A DNA stretch of 32,000 nt from Methanothermus fervidus DSM 2088 (GCA_000166095.1 CP002278.1:810001-842000), one strand, 5' to 3'; counted from the first letter of the stretch, positions 16,260 through 27,803 are shown. Program-made: numbers and translations. The notes: generated from the letters alone by a model not told the origin.

Positions 16260-16310
16260 TTTTTTTCAGCAAATTTTTTTATTGAACCCTTATTTTTAGT
16301 TTAATTTTTT
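16260..16310 (+). terminator. Oligo-T tracts: probable archaeal intrinsic termination zone after the ExbB-like gene
   Basis: T7 at 16260-16266 immediately after the TAA stop, T7 at 16274-16280, T5 at 16293-16297 and T6 at 16305-16310. Archaeal RNA polymerase terminates at such T-runs. Confidence 0.5.
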
Positions 16311-16321
16311 GAACCATAAAC

Positions 16322-16329
16322 TTTATAAA
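16322..16329 (+). promoter_or_regulatory. TATA box (TTTATAAA) for the SPOUT gene / ribosomal protein cluster; predicts a leaderless mRNA
   Basis: TTTATAAA ends 24 nt before ATG 16353, and there is no SD between them. Archaeal TSSs lie about 24-27 nt downstream of the TATA centre, which places the TSS at or next to the ATG. Confidence 0.55.
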
Positions 16330-16352
16330 TTAGTTTCAACAAAATTTTTTGA

Positions 16353-17159
16353 ATGGTCTCTATTCTATCGATTTTTATTCCGGATTCCCTAACAATTGAA
16401 TCTAAGGATAAAAAAATAAAAACTTATAAGGTTGGAATAATTGGAAGAACAGCAGCAATATTCAGAGTCAATGAAATAATCATATATCATGATGAATTTG
16501 GAAATAGTAAGGAAGGAAAGTTCATTAAAGATATTTTAACATATATGGATACACCACAATATTTACGTAAAGATATTTTTCCATTAACTAATAATTTAAG
16601 ATATGTAGGTGTACTCCCACCACTCAGGACTCCCCACCATCCTACTGGACAACCAAAGGTCGGTGAATTAAGGCAAGGATTGACACTTAAAAGCACGAAA
16701 AAAGGAACTATTGTAAATATAGGAGCTAAACGATTAGCTCTTTGTAAAGAAAAGTTACCTATCTATAAAGTTTATACTTTTCGTATCAAAAAACTTGGAA
16801 AAAGAATTTTAGTTGAAAGAGACATTCCAGAAAATGTCTATTGGGGATACAAAGTAAAATACATTAATAAACCTATAGAAAAAGCGATTAAAATGAAAAA
16901 ATATGATTCAATAATAGCTACATCACGTAAAGGTGTTCCAATAACTTTTGTTCTCGAAGAAATAGAAAATATTATACATAATACTCATCATTTAGCAATA
17001 TTATTTGGAGGACCATACAAAGGTTTACCAACAACTTTAGATAGAGAGATAGATATGAAAATAAACACTATACCAAACCAAGGTACTGAAACCGTAAGAA
17101 CTGAAGAAGCAGTTTTAGCGACATTGTCAATATTCAATATGTTGCAACATAAAAAATAG
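16353..17159 (+). CDS. SPOUT-superfamily (DUF171 / MTH1 / eukaryotic SPOUT1-C9orf114-like) putative RNA methyltransferase
   Basis: 268 aa. It occupies the position directly upstream of uL3 that MTH1 occupies in Methanothermobacter (from memory). The C-terminal LAILFGGPYKGLP...TIPNQGTETVRTEEAV resembles a SPOUT knot SAM-binding region. Confidence 0.6.
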   Translation: MVSILSIFIPDSLTIESKDKKIKTYKVGIIGRTAAIFRVNEIIIYHDEFGNSKEGKFIKDILTYMDTPQYLRKDIFPLTNNLRYVGVLPPLRTPHHPTGQPKVGELRQGLTLKSTKKGTIVNIGAKRLALCKEKLPIYKVYTFRIKKLGKRILVERDIPENVYWGYKVKYINKPIEKAIKMKKYDSIIATSRKGVPITFVLEEIENIIHNTHHLAILFGGPYKGLPTTLDREIDMKINTIPNQGTETVRTEEAVLATLSIFNMLQHKK

Positions 17160-17173
17160 AGGAGGGAAATTAT

Positions 17174-18175
17174 ATGGCTAAGCATCATCGTCCAAGAAGG
17201 GGTTCCTTAGCATTTAGCCCAAGAAAGAGAGCATCAAGAGAAACCCCAAGAATAAAATCCTGGCCTGAAATTAAGGACACGTGTTTGTTAGCTGCAGCTG
17301 GATATAAAGTTGGCATGACACATGTAATGGCAATAGACAATAAAAAAAATTCACCTACTGAAGGAATGGAAGTTTTTACCCCTGTTACAATAATAGAAAC
17401 ACCTCCGCTCACAGTGATGGGTATAAGAGCATATGAAAGAACAAGTAGGGGACTTAAAACATTGACTGATGTTTTGGCGGATGATTTAAAGGAAGACCTT
17501 GAAAGAAGGATTAATTTACCTAAAAACTATGATAAAGACAAGGCATTGGATAAAATAGAAGAAAATAAAGATTATATTGAAGAAGTGAGAGTACTTGTGC
17601 ATACTAATCCAAGATTAGTGACAGGAGTTCCAAAGAAAAAACCTGAAATATTTGAATGTGGATTAGGAGGTAAAGATCCACAAGAAAAATTGGAATATGC
17701 ATTGGAGCTACTAGGTAAAGATGTGAAAATTAGTGAAATATTTTCAGAAGGAGAATACGTTGATACAATAGCTGTTACAAAAGGAAAAGGATTTCAAGGA
17801 CCAGTTAAAAGATGGGGAATAAAAATTCAAAATGCTAAAACTGCCAGAAGTGGTAAAGGCAGACATATAGGATCATTAGGTCCATGGACGCCTTCAAGAA
17901 CTATGTGGAGAGTTCCACAAGCAGGACAGACAGGTTACCATAGAAGAACTGAATATAATAAAATGATAATGAAAATAGGTACTTCAGATGAAGTTGAAAA
18001 AATAAATCCAAAAGGAGGATTCATTAGATACGGACTAGTAAGAAATGATTATTTATTAGTTAAAGGCTCTGTTCCCGGGCCAACAAAAAGATTAATAATG
18101 TTAAGAAAAGCTATAAGACCAAAAGTGAGACAAGAAAAACCTCCTGAGATAACTTATATCCATAAAGCTTCTTAG
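17174..18175 (+). CDS. rpl3: 50S ribosomal protein uL3
   Basis: 333 aa. MAKHHRPRRGSLAFSPRKRA..., ...TKGKGFQGPVKRWG... SD GGAGGG upstream. Confidence 0.97.
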   Translation: MAKHHRPRRGSLAFSPRKRASRETPRIKSWPEIKDTCLLAAAGYKVGMTHVMAIDNKKNSPTEGMEVFTPVTIIETPPLTVMGIRAYERTSRGLKTLTDVLADDLKEDLERRINLPKNYDKDKALDKIEENKDYIEEVRVLVHTNPRLVTGVPKKKPEIFECGLGGKDPQEKLEYALELLGKDVKISEIFSEGEYVDTIAVTKGKGFQGPVKRWGIKIQNAKTARSGKGRHIGSLGPWTPSRTMWRVPQAGQTGYHRRTEYNKMIMKIGTSDEVEKINPKGGFIRYGLVRNDYLLVKGSVPGPTKRLIMLRKAIRPKVRQEKPPEITYIHKAS

Positions 18176-18184
18176 AGGGATAAC

Positions 18185-18952
18185 ATGAAAGCTAATGTTT
18201 ATTCATTAGATGGAGAGGTAATAGAAAAGGTGAAACTACCTGAAATATTTGAAGAACACCTTAGACCTGATTTAATAAAAAGAGCAGTATTATCAATTCA
18301 AACAGCAAGGATTCAACCTTGGGGACCTAACAAAATGGCTGGAAAAAGAACAACTGCTGTATCAAGAGGAGCCGGATATGGTATCGCCATGGTCCCAAGA
18401 ATAAAAACACCTCCAGAAAGAGCAGCATTTGTTCCACAGGCTGTAGGAGGTAGAAAAGCACATCCACCTAAACCCGAAAAAATATATCATGAAAGAATAA
18501 ACAGAAAAGAAAGAAGACTTGCATTAAGGTCTGCAATAGCAGCTACAGCTAATAAAGAATTAGTTAAACAGAGAGGTCATAGAATAGACAATGTTCCAGA
18601 AATTCCTTTAATAGTTGAAGATAAATTATCAACATTGAAAAAAACTAGGGAAACTAGAGAAGTATTTAAGAAATTAGGAGTGATGGATGACATTATAAGA
18701 GCCAAAAAAGGTAGAAAAATTAGATCTGGAAAAGGTAAAATGAGAGGTAGAAAATACAGAAAACCAAAGGGGCCATTAATTGTAGTGGATGAAGATAGAG
18801 GAATAGTGTTAGGAGCAAGAAACCATCCTGGTGTAGATATTGTCACTGTTGAAAATTTAAATGTTGAATTGCTGGCACCTGGTACTCATCCAGGAAGATT
18901 CACAATATATACAAAGTCAGCTTTAGAAAAATTAGAGGAGATGCCATGGTAG
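18185..18952 (+). CDS. rpl4: 50S ribosomal protein uL4
   Basis: 255 aa, archaeal L4/L1e type. Follows uL3 in canonical order. Confidence 0.95.
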   Translation: MKANVYSLDGEVIEKVKLPEIFEEHLRPDLIKRAVLSIQTARIQPWGPNKMAGKRTTAVSRGAGYGIAMVPRIKTPPERAAFVPQAVGGRKAHPPKPEKIYHERINRKERRLALRSAIAATANKELVKQRGHRIDNVPEIPLIVEDKLSTLKKTRETREVFKKLGVMDDIIRAKKGRKIRSGKGKMRGRKYRKPKGPLIVVDEDRGIVLGARNHPGVDIVTVENLNVELLAPGTHPGRFTIYTKSALEKLEEMPW

Positions 18953-18960
18953 GTGGTAAC

Positions 18961-19221
18961 ATGGATCCCCACAAGATTCTCATAAGACCTCATGTAACAG
19001 AAAAAACTATGGATCTCATAGATAACAATAATGAATTAGTATTTGTAGTTAATAGGAAAAGTAATAAGCCAAAAATAAAAGCAGCATTTGAAGAATTATT
19101 TTCTGTAAAAGTAGAGAGAGTAAACACACATATAAACCCCAAAGGCGAAAAAATAGCTTACATTAAATTAGCAAAAGAACATAAGGCAGAAGATATTGCA
19201 ATGAAATTAGGAATTCTCTAA
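18961..19221 (+). CDS. rpl23: 50S ribosomal protein uL23
   Basis: MDPHKILIRPHVTEKTM... The ORF-track start 18946 overlaps the uL4 stop. ATG 18961 is preceded by AGGTGGT, so it is preferred (86 aa). Confidence 0.93.
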   Translation: MDPHKILIRPHVTEKTMDLIDNNNELVFVVNRKSNKPKIKAAFEELFSVKVERVNTHINPKGEKIAYIKLAKEHKAEDIAMKLGIL

Positions 19222-19241
19222 AAACATAAAATGGTGATAGT

Positions 19242-19967
19242 ATGGGAAAAAGAATAATACCACAAAGAAGAGGTAGGGGTACTCCAACATACAGGGTTGC
19301 ATCACATAGATTTAAAGCTAAAATAAAATATAAAATGATGAATAAAGATAAAAATGGAAAGTTAGAAGGTACTGTGGTTGACATTATTCATGATCCTGGT
19401 AGAACAGCTCCAATAGCTGAAGTCCAATTTGAAAACGGTGAAAGAGATTATATATTAGCTCCTGAAGGGATTAAAATTAATGATACAATTGAAGTTGGAC
19501 CAGAAGCATCTATCAATATTGGAAATATATTGCCACTCAAAAAAATACCAGAAGGTACTCCAGTATTTAATATAGAGAATAGACCAGGAGATGGAGGTAA
19601 ATTAGTTAGATCATCTGGTACACATGCATCAGTAGTTACACATGAAGAAAATAAAGTAATTGTTGAGCTACCTTCTGGTGAACTTAAAGCATTTCATCCA
19701 GAATGTAAAGCAACAATTGGTGTCGTTGCTGGAGGAGGAAGAATAGAAAAACCATTTGTCAAAGCTGGTAACAAGTATTATGCAATGAAATCAAAAGGTA
19801 AGAAACATGTCAAAGTTAGAGGCGTAGCAATGAATCCTGTGGATCACCCACATGGTGGAGGACATCACCAACATCCTGGTAAACCAACTACAGTATCTAG
19901 ACATGCTCCACCTGGAAGAAAAGTTGGATTAATAGCTGCTAGAAGAACTGGAAGAAAGAAAAAATAA
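19242..19967 (+). CDS. rpl2: 50S ribosomal protein uL2
   Basis: 241 aa. Hallmark [32 protein letters not shown] with a 3-nt spacer. Confidence 0.97.
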   Translation: MGKRIIPQRRGRGTPTYRVASHRFKAKIKYKMMNKDKNGKLEGTVVDIIHDPGRTAPIAEVQFENGERDYILAPEGIKINDTIEVGPEASINIGNILPLKKIPEGTPVFNIENRPGDGGKLVRSSGTHASVVTHEENKVIVELPSGELKAFHPECKATIGVVAGGGRIEKPFVKAGNKYYAMKSKGKKHVKVRGVAMNPVDHPHGGGHHQHPGKPTTVSRHAPPGRKVGLIAARRTGRKKK

Positions 19968-19979
19968 GGAGGTGAGTAT

Positions 19980-20378
19980 GTGGCACGTGAATTCATGTAT
20001 CGAGGTTATAAATTAGAAGAATTACAAAAAATGCCACTTGATAAGGTAATAAAATTGTTTCCAAGCAGGCAAAGAAGATCTTTGAAAAGAGGATTTCCAC
20101 CTAGACATAAAAAAGTATTAGAGAAAATAAGAAAATATAAACGTGAGAATAAAACAGATAAAATAATTAAAACACATTGTAGAGATTTAATAATATTGCC
20201 TGAAATGGTTGGTTTGACATTTGGAGTCTACAATGGTAAAGAATTTGTAAAAGTTAAAATAAAACCTGAAATGATAGGTCATTATTTAGGTGAGTTTGCA
20301 CCTACAAGGAAGAAAGTAGAACATGGAGATCCTGGAATGGGTGCTACAAGATCTTCAATGTTTGTACCTCTCAAGTAG
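19980..20378 (+). CDS. rps19: 30S ribosomal protein uS19
   Basis: 132 aa. GTG start after AAGGAGGTGAG. The N-terminus [15 protein letters not shown] matches the archaeal S19 pattern. Confidence 0.93.
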   Translation: MAREFMYRGYKLEELQKMPLDKVIKLFPSRQRRSLKRGFPPRHKKVLEKIRKYKRENKTDKIIKTHCRDLIILPEMVGLTFGVYNGKEFVKVKIKPEMIGHYLGEFAPTRKKVEHGDPGMGATRSSMFVPLK

Positions 20379-20389
20379 GTGAAATTACA

Positions 20390-20851
20390 ATGCCTAAATT
20401 GAAATATGCTTACAGACCTAAAAATAAAAACAAAGCCGCAAAAGCCATAGGTAGAGAATTACAAATTTCTACAAAACATTCGGTAGAGATATGTAGAGAG
20501 ATTCGAGGGATGATGCTAGAAGATGCAAAAAGATATCTCAAGGAAGTCATGGAAAAGAAAAGACCAGTACCATTCAAAAGATATAACAAAAAAGTTGCAC
20601 ATAGAAAGGGATTACAAGGATGGCCAAGTGGAAGATACCCTGTTAAAGCTGCAAGGGAGATCCTTAAAGTATTAGAGAATGCAGAAGCCAATGCAGAATA
20701 TAAAGGTTTAGATACAGAAAGATTGAAAATTACTCATATATCAGCCCATAAAGCCAGACCTATTCGTGGCTGGATACCAAGAGCGTTTGGAAGATCAACA
20801 CCATTCAACACTTCAAGAACACATATACAAGTGATATTAGAGGAGATATAA
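20390..20851 (+). CDS. rpl22: 50S ribosomal protein uL22
   Basis: 153 aa. Canonical position between uS19 and uS3; basic protein typical of the family. Confidence 0.93.
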   Translation: MPKLKYAYRPKNKNKAAKAIGRELQISTKHSVEICREIRGMMLEDAKRYLKEVMEKKRPVPFKRYNKKVAHRKGLQGWPSGRYPVKAAREILKVLENAEANAEYKGLDTERLKITHISAHKARPIRGWIPRAFGRSTPFNTSRTHIQVILEEI

Positions 20852-21504
20852 TGATAGAAAAGGAATTTATTGCTGAAAGTCTAAAAAGAGCAGAAATCGA
20901 TGAATTTTTAGAAAAAGAATTAGAAAGAGCAGGATATGGTGGAATGGATATACAACTTACACCATTAGGAACAATGATAACAATTTATGCAGAAAGACCA
21001 GGACTTGTCATTGGTAGAGGAGGCAGAACTGTCAGAAGATTAACAAATATATTACGTAAAAGATTTGGTTTAGATAACCCACAAATAGAAGTCAAGGAAG
21101 TTGAAGTGCCAGAGTTAAATCCAAAAATAATGGCACATAGGATTGCCAGTATGTTAGAAAGAGGCATGCATTTCAGAAGAGTTGCATATGGTACATTAAG
21201 AAGAATAATGGCTGCAGGTGCACAAGGAGCTGAAATAACAATATCTGGAAAAATAAGAGGTGCAAGAGCAACATCCGTCAAATTTACCGAAGGTCATATT
21301 AAAAAATGTGGAGAACCTGCAGAAAAGTTTGTTAAAACAGGTTTTGCGACCGCACAATTAAAACCTGGGGTTTTGGGTGTGCATGTGAAAATAATGCCTC
21401 CCGGAGTTAAATTGCCTGACGAAATAAAAATCAAAAAAGAAGCCCTAAAAGAAACTGAATCTAAACCAGAAGAATCCGTTGAGGAAGGTGCTTCAGAAGA
21501 ATAA
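20851..21504 (+). CDS. rps3: 30S ribosomal protein uS3
   Basis: 217 aa. KH-domain motif [13 protein letters not shown] and an acidic C-terminal tail. Start overlaps the uL22 stop (TAATG). Confidence 0.95.
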   Translation: MIEKEFIAESLKRAEIDEFLEKELERAGYGGMDIQLTPLGTMITIYAERPGLVIGRGGRTVRRLTNILRKRFGLDNPQIEVKEVEVPELNPKIMAHRIASMLERGMHFRRVAYGTLRRIMAAGAQGAEITISGKIRGARATSVKFTEGHIKKCGEPAEKFVKTGFATAQLKPGVLGVHVKIMPPGVKLPDEIKIKKEALKETESKPEESVEEGASEE

Positions 21505-21524
21505 TCTGGGAGGCAGAGAAAAAT

Positions 21525-21725
21525 ATGGCTATATTAAAACCAGATGAATTGAGAGAAATGAGTGTTAAAGAACTAGAAAAAAAGTTGGAAGAACTAAGAG
21601 CAGAATATTCTAAAGAAGAATCCAAAGCCGCAGCCAGTGGAGCTCCAGATAATCCTGGCAGAATGCGTGAACTTAGAAGAACAATAGCTCGAATACTCAC
21701 GATCATTAATGAGAAAAAAACTTGA
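21525..21725 (+). CDS. rpl29: 50S ribosomal protein uL29
   Basis: 66 aa. MAILKPDELREMSVKELEKKLEELRAE... Confidence 0.93.
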   Translation: MAILKPDELREMSVKELEKKLEELRAEYSKEESKAAASGAPDNPGRMRELRRTIARILTIINEKKT

Positions 21726-21738
21726 TAAGGAGAAGTAA

Positions 21739-22047
21739 ATGAAGAAGATTTGTGAGAAGTGCGGTCTTCCAAAAGAACTTTGTGTTTGTGAAGAAATAGC
21801 TCGAGAAACACAAAGAATTAAAATATATACTGTAAAACGCCGTTTTGGAAAGATAATGACGATTGTGGAAGGTATAGACAGTCAAGAAATAGACCTAAAG
21901 AAATTGACCAAAGATCTCAAGTCCAAATGTGCATGTGGGGGCACAACAAAAGATGGACGAATTGAACTACAGGGCGATCACAAAGAAAAAGTGAAAAAAG
22001 TGCTTATAAAGAAAGGTTTCCCAGAGGATGCCATTGAAGTACGATGA
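21739..22047 (+). CDS. Translation initiation factor aSUI1 (eIF1 homologue)
   Basis: 102 aa. N-terminal Cys knuckle [13 protein letters not shown], then a SUI1 fold-like [21 protein letters not shown]...CACGGT. Typical euryarchaeal position after uL29. Confidence 0.9.
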   Translation: MKKICEKCGLPKELCVCEEIARETQRIKIYTVKRRFGKIMTIVEGIDSQEIDLKKLTKDLKSKCACGGTTKDGRIELQGDHKEKVKKVLIKKGFPEDAIEVR

Positions 22048-22325
22048 TAACACCAAGAAATGTATTTAGGCATGAGTTAATAGGTTTAAATGTTAAGATT
22101 GCAAAGTGTACACATAAGCCACTAGAAGGTGTAGAAGGAAGAGTCATCGACGAAACAAAGAACACACTAAAAATTGAACTAAAAAGTGGTAGAGAGATTA
22201 TAGTACCAAAAGATATTGCAATATTTCATTTTAAATTGCCTGATGGTACTAAGGTAGAAATTGATGGGAAAATACTTGTAGCTCGGCCAGAGGAAAGAAT
22301 TAAAAAGAAATTTAAGAGAGTGTGA
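22044..22325 (+). CDS. rnp1: RNase P protein component 1 (Rpp29/Pop4 homologue)
   Basis: 93 aa. [34 protein letters not shown] (Sm-like barrel pattern). ATGA overlap with SUI1. Canonical position before uS17. Confidence 0.88.
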   Translation: MITPRNVFRHELIGLNVKIAKCTHKPLEGVEGRVIDETKNTLKIELKSGREIIVPKDIAIFHFKLPDGTKVEIDGKILVARPEERIKKKFKRV

Positions 22326-22330
22326 AATAA

Positions 22331-22654
22331 ATGGTGGGTCTAGATGTAAAAAAACCTAAAAAAAAGTGTGACGATCCAAACTGTCCGTTTCATGGGAATT
22401 TAAGAGTTAGAGGTCAAATATTGGAAGGTGTAGTTGCAAGTGACAAAGCACGTCGTACAGTAGTTGTAGAAAGGGAATATTACAAGTACATTCCAAAATA
22501 TGAGAGATATGAAAGAAGAACATCGAAAATAACAGCTCATAATCCAGATTGTATAGGTGCAAAAGTTGGAGATAAGGTCAAAATAGGAGAATGTAGACCA
22601 ATAAGTAAAACGAAGTCCTTCGTTGTTATAGAAGTAATGGAGGATAAAAAATGA
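22331..22654 (+). CDS. rps17: 30S ribosomal protein uS17
   Basis: 107 aa. ...[23 protein letters not shown]... Confidence 0.95.
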   Translation: MVGLDVKKPKKKCDDPNCPFHGNLRVRGQILEGVVASDKARRTVVVEREYYKYIPKYERYERRTSKITAHNPDCIGAKVGDKVKIGECRPISKTKSFVVIEVMEDKK

Positions 22655-23049
22655 AAGCAATTCCAGCAAAAGTCACTAGAGCATTGCCAGTTGGTGCTAG
22701 ACTTCATTGTGCAGATAATACTGGTGCCAAAGAACTAGAAATAATAGCTGTAAAGGGATATAAGGGTGTAAGAAGAAGATTACCAGCTGCAGGCGTTGGA
22801 GATATGGTAGTAGTTTCAGTGAAAAAAGGAACTACTGAGATGAGAAGAGAAGTTTTAAATGCAGTGATTATAAGGCAAAAAAAAGAATATAGAAGACCTG
22901 ATGGACTAAGAGTTAAATTTGAAGATAATGCAGCAGTTATAGTCACTCCTGATGGTAAAATGAGAGGATCTGAGATAAGAGGCCCAGTTGCAAAAGAAGC
23001 TGCTTCAAGATGGCCAAACATTGGGAGTGCCGCAAGTATGATTGTATGA
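22651..23049 (+). CDS. rpl14: 50S ribosomal protein uL14
   Basis: 132 aa. ...[17 protein letters not shown]... ATGA overlap with uS17. Confidence 0.97.
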   Translation: MKAIPAKVTRALPVGARLHCADNTGAKELEIIAVKGYKGVRRRLPAAGVGDMVVVSVKKGTTEMRREVLNAVIIRQKKEYRRPDGLRVKFEDNAAVIVTPDGKMRGSEIRGPVAKEAASRWPNIGSAASMIV

Positions 23050-23058
23050 GGTGAAAAA

Positions 23059-23430
23059 ATGCCTAAAATAAAATCTAAACAACCAAGAAAACAAAGAAAA
23101 TTTCTTAGGGAAGCACCACTACATATACGTCAGAAAATAATGCGTTCAACATTGTCTAAGGAGTTAAGAAAGAAATATAAAAGAAGAACTGTTCCAATAA
23201 GGAGAGGAGATAAAGTAGAAGTCATGCGTGGAGATTTCAAAGGACATGTTGGTAAAGTTGAGAATGTAGATTTAAAGAGATATAGAGTTTATGTAGAAGG
23301 TGTTACAATACAGAAAGCAGATGGAACATCTACTTACTATCCTCTCCATCCATCAAATCTTAGAATAGTTGAATTAAATTTAAAAGATGAAAAAAGGGTT
23401 GAAATGTTAGAAAGAAAATTGAAGGGATAA
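23059..23430 (+). CDS. rpl24: 50S ribosomal protein uL24
   Basis: 123 aa. KOW region [21 protein letters not shown]. Confidence 0.95.
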   Translation: MPKIKSKQPRKQRKFLREAPLHIRQKIMRSTLSKELRKKYKRRTVPIRRGDKVEVMRGDFKGHVGKVENVDLKRYRVYVEGVTIQKADGTSTYYPLHPSNLRIVELNLKDEKRVEMLERKLKG

Positions 23431-23432
23431 AC

Positions 23433-24155
23433 ATGGCTAGGATGGGATCAAGAAGACACCTAAAACGATTAAAATCGCCAAGACATTGGCCAATACCTAG
23501 AAAGGAAAAAAAATGGACTGTAAAACCTTCCCCTGGTCCTCACAGTGCTGATGAATCTTTACCATTGTTAATAATAATTAGGGATGTATTGGGTTTAGCA
23601 GACACTGCTAGAGAGGCAAAAAGGATAATTCACCATGGAGAAATACTGGTTGATGGTAGACCAAGAAAAGATCATAAGTTCCCCGTTGGATTTATGGATC
23701 TCTTAGAAATTCCAAAAATTGATAAAAGTTATAGAGTTTTAATAGATAAAAAAGGTAGATTGTATTTACATGAAACTAAAGAAGAAGAAAGATACAAATT
23801 ATGTAAAATACTTAATAAAACTACTGTAAAAGGTGGAAAAATTCAATTAAATTTACATGATGGTAGAAATCACCTAGTTGATAATGATTTCAAAACTGGA
23901 GATGTTATTAAATTAAGAATACCTGATCAAGAAATATTGGATAAAATAGAATTTAAAGAAGGAAATCTTGCATTTATAACTGGTGGAAAACACGTTGGTG
24001 AAATAGCAAGAGTAGAAAAAATAAACATCATTAAAGCTCCAACACCTAACACTGTAATATTAAAATCTAGAGACGGAAAAATGTTTGAAACAATACATGA
24101 ATATGTTTTCATGATTGGAGAAAAAGAACCAGTGATTCCATTGCCGGAGGGTTAA
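23433..24155 (+). CDS. rps4e: 30S ribosomal protein eS4
   Basis: 240 aa. [21 protein letters not shown]... Confidence 0.95.
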   Translation: MARMGSRRHLKRLKSPRHWPIPRKEKKWTVKPSPGPHSADESLPLLIIIRDVLGLADTAREAKRIIHHGEILVDGRPRKDHKFPVGFMDLLEIPKIDKSYRVLIDKKGRLYLHETKEEERYKLCKILNKTTVKGGKIQLNLHDGRNHLVDNDFKTGDVIKLRIPDQEILDKIEFKEGNLAFITGGKHVGEIARVEKINIIKAPTPNTVILKSRDGKMFETIHEYVFMIGEKEPVIPLPEG

Positions 24156-24157
24156 CG

Positions 24158-24670
24158 ATGAATCCAATGAGAAAAATAAGAATAGAAAAAGCAACATTAA
24201 ACATTAGTGTTGGAGAGAGTGGAGAAAGATTATTAAAGGCAGAAAAATTATTAGAGAAGCTTACTGGACAAAAACCAGCTAGAACATATGCCAAGGTAAC
24301 CAACCCAGATTTTGGAATCAGGAAAGGTCAACCCATTGGTTGCAAAGTAACTTTAAGAGGTAAAAAAGCAGAAAAAATAATTAAAATGTTTTTAGAAGCG
24401 AAAGGAAATAAACTCAAAAAGAGTCAATTTGACGACTTAGGTAATGTGTCTATGGGAATAGAGGAATACATAGATTTACCAGGCATGAAGTATGATCCTG
24501 ATATAGGGATATTTGGCATGGATTTAGCAATAACATTTGAAAGGCCAGGATATAGAATCCAGAGAAGAAAAATTCAGAGAAGAAAAGTGCCAAAGAAACA
24601 TAAAATTACTAGAGAAGATACAATGAAGTTTTTAGAAGATAAATTTAATGTAAAAATAGAGGAGGGATAA
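24158..24670 (+). CDS. rpl5: 50S ribosomal protein uL5
   Basis: 170 aa. ...[17 protein letters not shown]... Confidence 0.95.
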   Translation: MNPMRKIRIEKATLNISVGESGERLLKAEKLLEKLTGQKPARTYAKVTNPDFGIRKGQPIGCKVTLRGKKAEKIIKMFLEAKGNKLKKSQFDDLGNVSMGIEEYIDLPGMKYDPDIGIFGMDLAITFERPGYRIQRRKIQRRKVPKKHKITREDTMKFLEDKFNVKIEEG

Positions 24671-24674
24671 ATCA

Positions 24675-24821
24675 ATGCCAAGAAAAAAATTTGGAAAGGG
24701 AGCTATCAAATGTTCAAGATGCGGAGACCATGCAGGAGTAATAAGAAAATATGGTATAATGTTATGTAGACAATGTTTCCGTGAATTAGCACCAAAGATG
24801 GGATTCAAGAAATATAGTTGA
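24675..24821 (+). CDS. rps14: 30S ribosomal protein uS14 (short zinc-ribbon type)
   Basis: Too short for the ORF track; I translated it by hand: [48 protein letters not shown] (48 aa). CxxC...CxxC Zn motif. SD GGAGGGA upstream. Canonical slot between uL5 and uS8. Confidence 0.93.
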   Translation: MPRKKFGKGAIKCSRCGDHAGVIRKYGIMLCRQCFRELAPKMGFKKYS

Positions 24822-24830
24822 GGTTATACT

Positions 24831-25223
24831 ATGACTCTCAATGATCCACTTGCAAATGCACTTACAACTATAAAAAATAATGAAATGAGAGGCAATATAC
24901 GATGTAAAATAGCCCCAGCATCTAAATTGGTAGGAAGAGTATTGAGAACTATGCAAAAAGAGGGATATATAGGTGAATTTGAATTTGTCGATGATGGTAA
25001 ATCAGGACAATTTATAGTGGAGTTAAAAGGTAACATTAACGATTGTGGTGTTATAAAACCACGGCATTCTGTAAAGAAAGATGAGTTTGAAAAATTTGAA
25101 AAAAGATATCTTCCAGCACGAGATTTTGGAATACTCATTGTAACCACGCCTGAAGGAGTAATGACACACCGTGAAGCAAAAAAGAGAGGCATTGGCGGCA
25201 TACTCTTAGCTTATGTTTACTAG
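24831..25223 (+). CDS. rps8: 30S ribosomal protein uS8
   Basis: 130 aa. [18 protein letters not shown]... Confidence 0.96.
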   Translation: MTLNDPLANALTTIKNNEMRGNIRCKIAPASKLVGRVLRTMQKEGYIGEFEFVDDGKSGQFIVELKGNINDCGVIKPRHSVKKDEFEKFEKRYLPARDFGILIVTTPEGVMTHREAKKRGIGGILLAYVY

Positions 25224-25232
25224 GGTGATTTT

Positions 25233-25772
25233 ATGGTCTTAACTGCAATAATCAAAGATGAAATTCAAATACCAGATGAAGTAGATGTTAAGATAGATGA
25301 TCATAAAGTTAAAGTAAAAGGTCCTAAAGGTGAATTATCAAGAAAATTTGATTATCCTAATGTCAAAATTATAAAGAAAGATGAAAAAATAATTTTAGAA
25401 AGTAGATTTCCAAGAAAAAAAGATAAAGCAATGTTAGGGACCATTAAAGCACATATTAAAAACATGATAAAAGGTGTAACCAAAGGTTTTAAATATACTA
25501 TGAAAATTGTTTATGCTCATTTTCCAATGTCTGTAAAAGTTTCAGGCAGGAAAGTCATAATTGAAAATTTTCTTGGTGAAAGGCATCCAAGAGTCGCTAA
25601 AATTGTTGGTAAAGATACTAAAGTAGAAGTAAAAGATGACAAAGTCTACATTACAGGAATAAACAAAGAACATGTTGGACAGACGATGGCTAACATAGAA
25701 CAAGCAACGAAAATAAAAAGAAGGGATCCACGAGTGTTCCAAGATGGAATATATCTTGTAAGTAAAGAATAG
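25233..25772 (+). CDS. rpl6: 50S ribosomal protein uL6
   Basis: 179 aa. Canonical position; ...VKVKGPKGELSRKF... Confidence 0.95.
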   Translation: MVLTAIIKDEIQIPDEVDVKIDDHKVKVKGPKGELSRKFDYPNVKIIKKDEKIILESRFPRKKDKAMLGTIKAHIKNMIKGVTKGFKYTMKIVYAHFPMSVKVSGRKVIIENFLGERHPRVAKIVGKDTKVEVKDDKVYITGINKEHVGQTMANIEQATKIKRRDPRVFQDGIYLVSKE

Positions 25773-25790
25773 TGTTAAGGGGTCATAAAA

Positions 25791-26117
25791 ATGAAAAAAA
25801 GATTCAAGAGGCAAGAGTATGCAAGATATAAGAGGTTAGGAGAAAAATGGAGAAGACCTCGGGGAAAAGATAGTAAAATGAGAAGGAAAGAGAAAGGTAA
25901 ACCACCAATGCCTAACATAGGTTACAGGTCACCTAAAGAAACTAGAGGTTTACATCCATCAGGATACGAAGAAGTATTAATACATAATCCAAAAGAACTT
26001 GAAGATTTAGATGCTGAAAAACAGGCTGCAAGAATTTCTGCAAAGGTTGGTAAAAGAAAAAAAGCTTTAATTTTAGAAAAGGCTAAAGAACTTGGAATTA
26101 AGGTGTTAAACCCTTAA
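25791..26117 (+). CDS. rpl32e: 50S ribosomal protein eL32
   Basis: 108 aa. ...[39 protein letters not shown]... Confidence 0.93.
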   Translation: MKKRFKRQEYARYKRLGEKWRRPRGKDSKMRRKEKGKPPMPNIGYRSPKETRGLHPSGYEEVLIHNPKELEDLDAEKQAARISAKVGKRKKALILEKAKELGIKVLNP

Positions 26118-26132
26118 TAGGGAGGAAAAGTT

Positions 26133-26582
26133 ATGGATCTTAGTACTCAAAAGAGATTAGCCGCAGATATTCTCAAAGTTGGAGTAAACCGTGTATGGAT
26201 AGATCCAGACAGAGTAGACGAAGTTGCTAGAGCTATAACTAGAGAAAGCATTAAAAAATTAATCAAAGAAGGTGCAATAAAAGCTAAACAAAAAAAAGGT
26301 ATAAGTAGATATAGGGCAAGAAAAATCGCAATGCAGAAGAAAAAAGGTAGAAGAAGAGGAAAAGGTAGTATAAAAGGTGCTAAAGGAGCCAGAATGCCTA
26401 AAAAAAGAGCATGGATATCCAGAATACGTGCATTAAGGAGAACTTTAAAAGAATTACGAGATAAAAGGAAAATTAGCACAAAAACATATCGTAAAATTTA
26501 TAGAATGGCCAAAGGCGGAATGTTTAGAAGTAAAGCTCATATGAATGCATATATTAAAGAACATGGGTTATTAAGAAGATAA
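26133..26582 (+). CDS. rpl19e: 50S ribosomal protein eL19
   Basis: 149 aa. [25 protein letters not shown]... Confidence 0.95.
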   Translation: MDLSTQKRLAADILKVGVNRVWIDPDRVDEVARAITRESIKKLIKEGAIKAKQKKGISRYRARKIAMQKKKGRRRGKGSIKGAKGARMPKKRAWISRIRALRRTLKELRDKRKISTKTYRKIYRMAKGGMFRSKAHMNAYIKEHGLLRR

Positions 26583-26595
26583 TGGAGGAGAAGTG

Positions 26596-27177
26596 ATGGC
26601 ACACGGGCCAAGATACAGAGTACCATTCAGAAGGAAAAGAGAAGGTAAGACAAATTATAGGACTAGAATGAAATTAATAGAGAGTGGCAAACCAAGGTTT
26701 GTTGTTAGAATTACAAATCAGCATGTTATAGCGCAAGTTATAGATGTAGATTTTGATGGTGATAAAACATTAGTGTCTGCACATTCTAAACAACTTCAAA
26801 AAATGGGTTGGCTTGGTAATACCAAAAACACTCCTGCAGCATATTTAACAGGGTTTTTATGTGGTAAACGAGCCGTAAAAAAAGGAATCAAAGAAGCTGT
26901 TTTAGACATTGGACTTAGAACACCGACAAAAGGTGCAAAGGTTTTTGCAGCACTTAAAGGTGCAGTGGATGCAGGCATGAATATTCCACATAGCGAACAT
27001 ATATTTCCAACTGAAGATAGAATAAAAGGAGAACATATAGCAAAATACGCAAAATTGCTGGATGAAGAAGAATGTAAAAGGAAGTTTTCTCATTACTTCA
27101 AAAGAGGTCTTCCACCTACGAAATTACCAGAGCATTTTACGGAAATCAAGAAAAAAATAATTGAGGCAGAAACATGA
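26596..27177 (+). CDS. rpl18: 50S ribosomal protein uL18
   Basis: [24 protein letters not shown]... ATG 26596 lies 5 nt after GGAGGAG. The ORF-track GTG at 26593 is one codon upstream and less likely. Confidence 0.95.
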   Translation: MAHGPRYRVPFRRKREGKTNYRTRMKLIESGKPRFVVRITNQHVIAQVIDVDFDGDKTLVSAHSKQLQKMGWLGNTKNTPAAYLTGFLCGKRAVKKGIKEAVLDIGLRTPTKGAKVFAALKGAVDAGMNIPHSEHIFPTEDRIKGEHIAKYAKLLDEEECKRKFSHYFKRGLPPTKLPEHFTEIKKKIIEAET

Positions 27178-27803
27178 GTGTAGATATAGAAGAATGGGAG
27201 CCAAAAACAAAAGTAGGTAGGATGGTTAAAGAAGGCGTAATAACAGATATAGATGAAATTTTGAAAAAAGGACTTCCTATAATGGAGCATGAAATTGTAG
27301 ATATTTTACTTCCTGATTTGGAAGAAGAAGTTTTAGATGTAAATTTAGTACAGAGAATGCATAAATCAGGTAGAAAAGTAAGATTTAGAGTCACAGTAGC
27401 TGTTGGAAATAAAGATGGATATGTTGGCGTTGGTGTGGGAAAAGCCAAAGAAGTTGGACCAGCAATTAGAAAAGCAATAGACAATGCTAAATACAACATA
27501 ATAAAAGTTAGAAGAGGTTGTGGAGATTGGGGATGCATCTGTGGGGAAAAACACTCAATACCATTTAAAGTAACAGGTAAATGTGGAAGTGTTAGAGTTA
27601 CTCTTTTACCTGCACCTAGGGGTGTAGGTTTAGCAATTGGAGATGTAGGAAAAGCAGTTTTAAGGTTAGCTGGTATTGAGGATGTATGGTCAAGAACAAA
27701 AGGTAAAACTCAAACAACTATTAATTTTGCTAAAGCAACTTTTGATGCTTTGAAACGATTAAATTACATGAAAGTCAAAGAAAGTACACCGAGCTCTCAG
27801 TAG
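27174..27803 (+). CDS. rps5: 30S ribosomal protein uS5
   Basis: 209 aa. ...[22 protein letters not shown]... Overlaps the uL18 stop. Confidence 0.96.
   Translation: MSVDIEEWEPKTKVGRMVKEGVITDIDEILKKGLPIMEHEIVDILLPDLEEEVLDVNLVQRMHKSGRKVRFRVTVAVGNKDGYVGVGVGKAKEVGPAIRKAIDNAKYNIIKVRRGCGDWGCICGEKHSIPFKVTGKCGSVRVTLLPAPRGVGLAIGDVGKAVLRLAGIEDVWSRTKGKTQTTINFAKATFDALKRLNYMKVKESTPSSQ

Noticed and set aside
16282-16353. Direct repeats of TTGAACC (16282-16288, 16309-16315) and a third TTGAA at 16349-16353, each preceded by a T-run
   Set aside because: There are only two full copies of a 7-mer in a T-rich spacer. This is compatible with chance, and I recognised no known motif. The T-runs themselves are reported as termination signals.
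19978-20016. ATG at 19978 directly after the SD upstream of uS19
   Set aside because: It is out of frame with uS19 and hits a stop after 12 codons. The in-frame GTG at 19980 gives the conserved MAREF..YRGY N-terminus.
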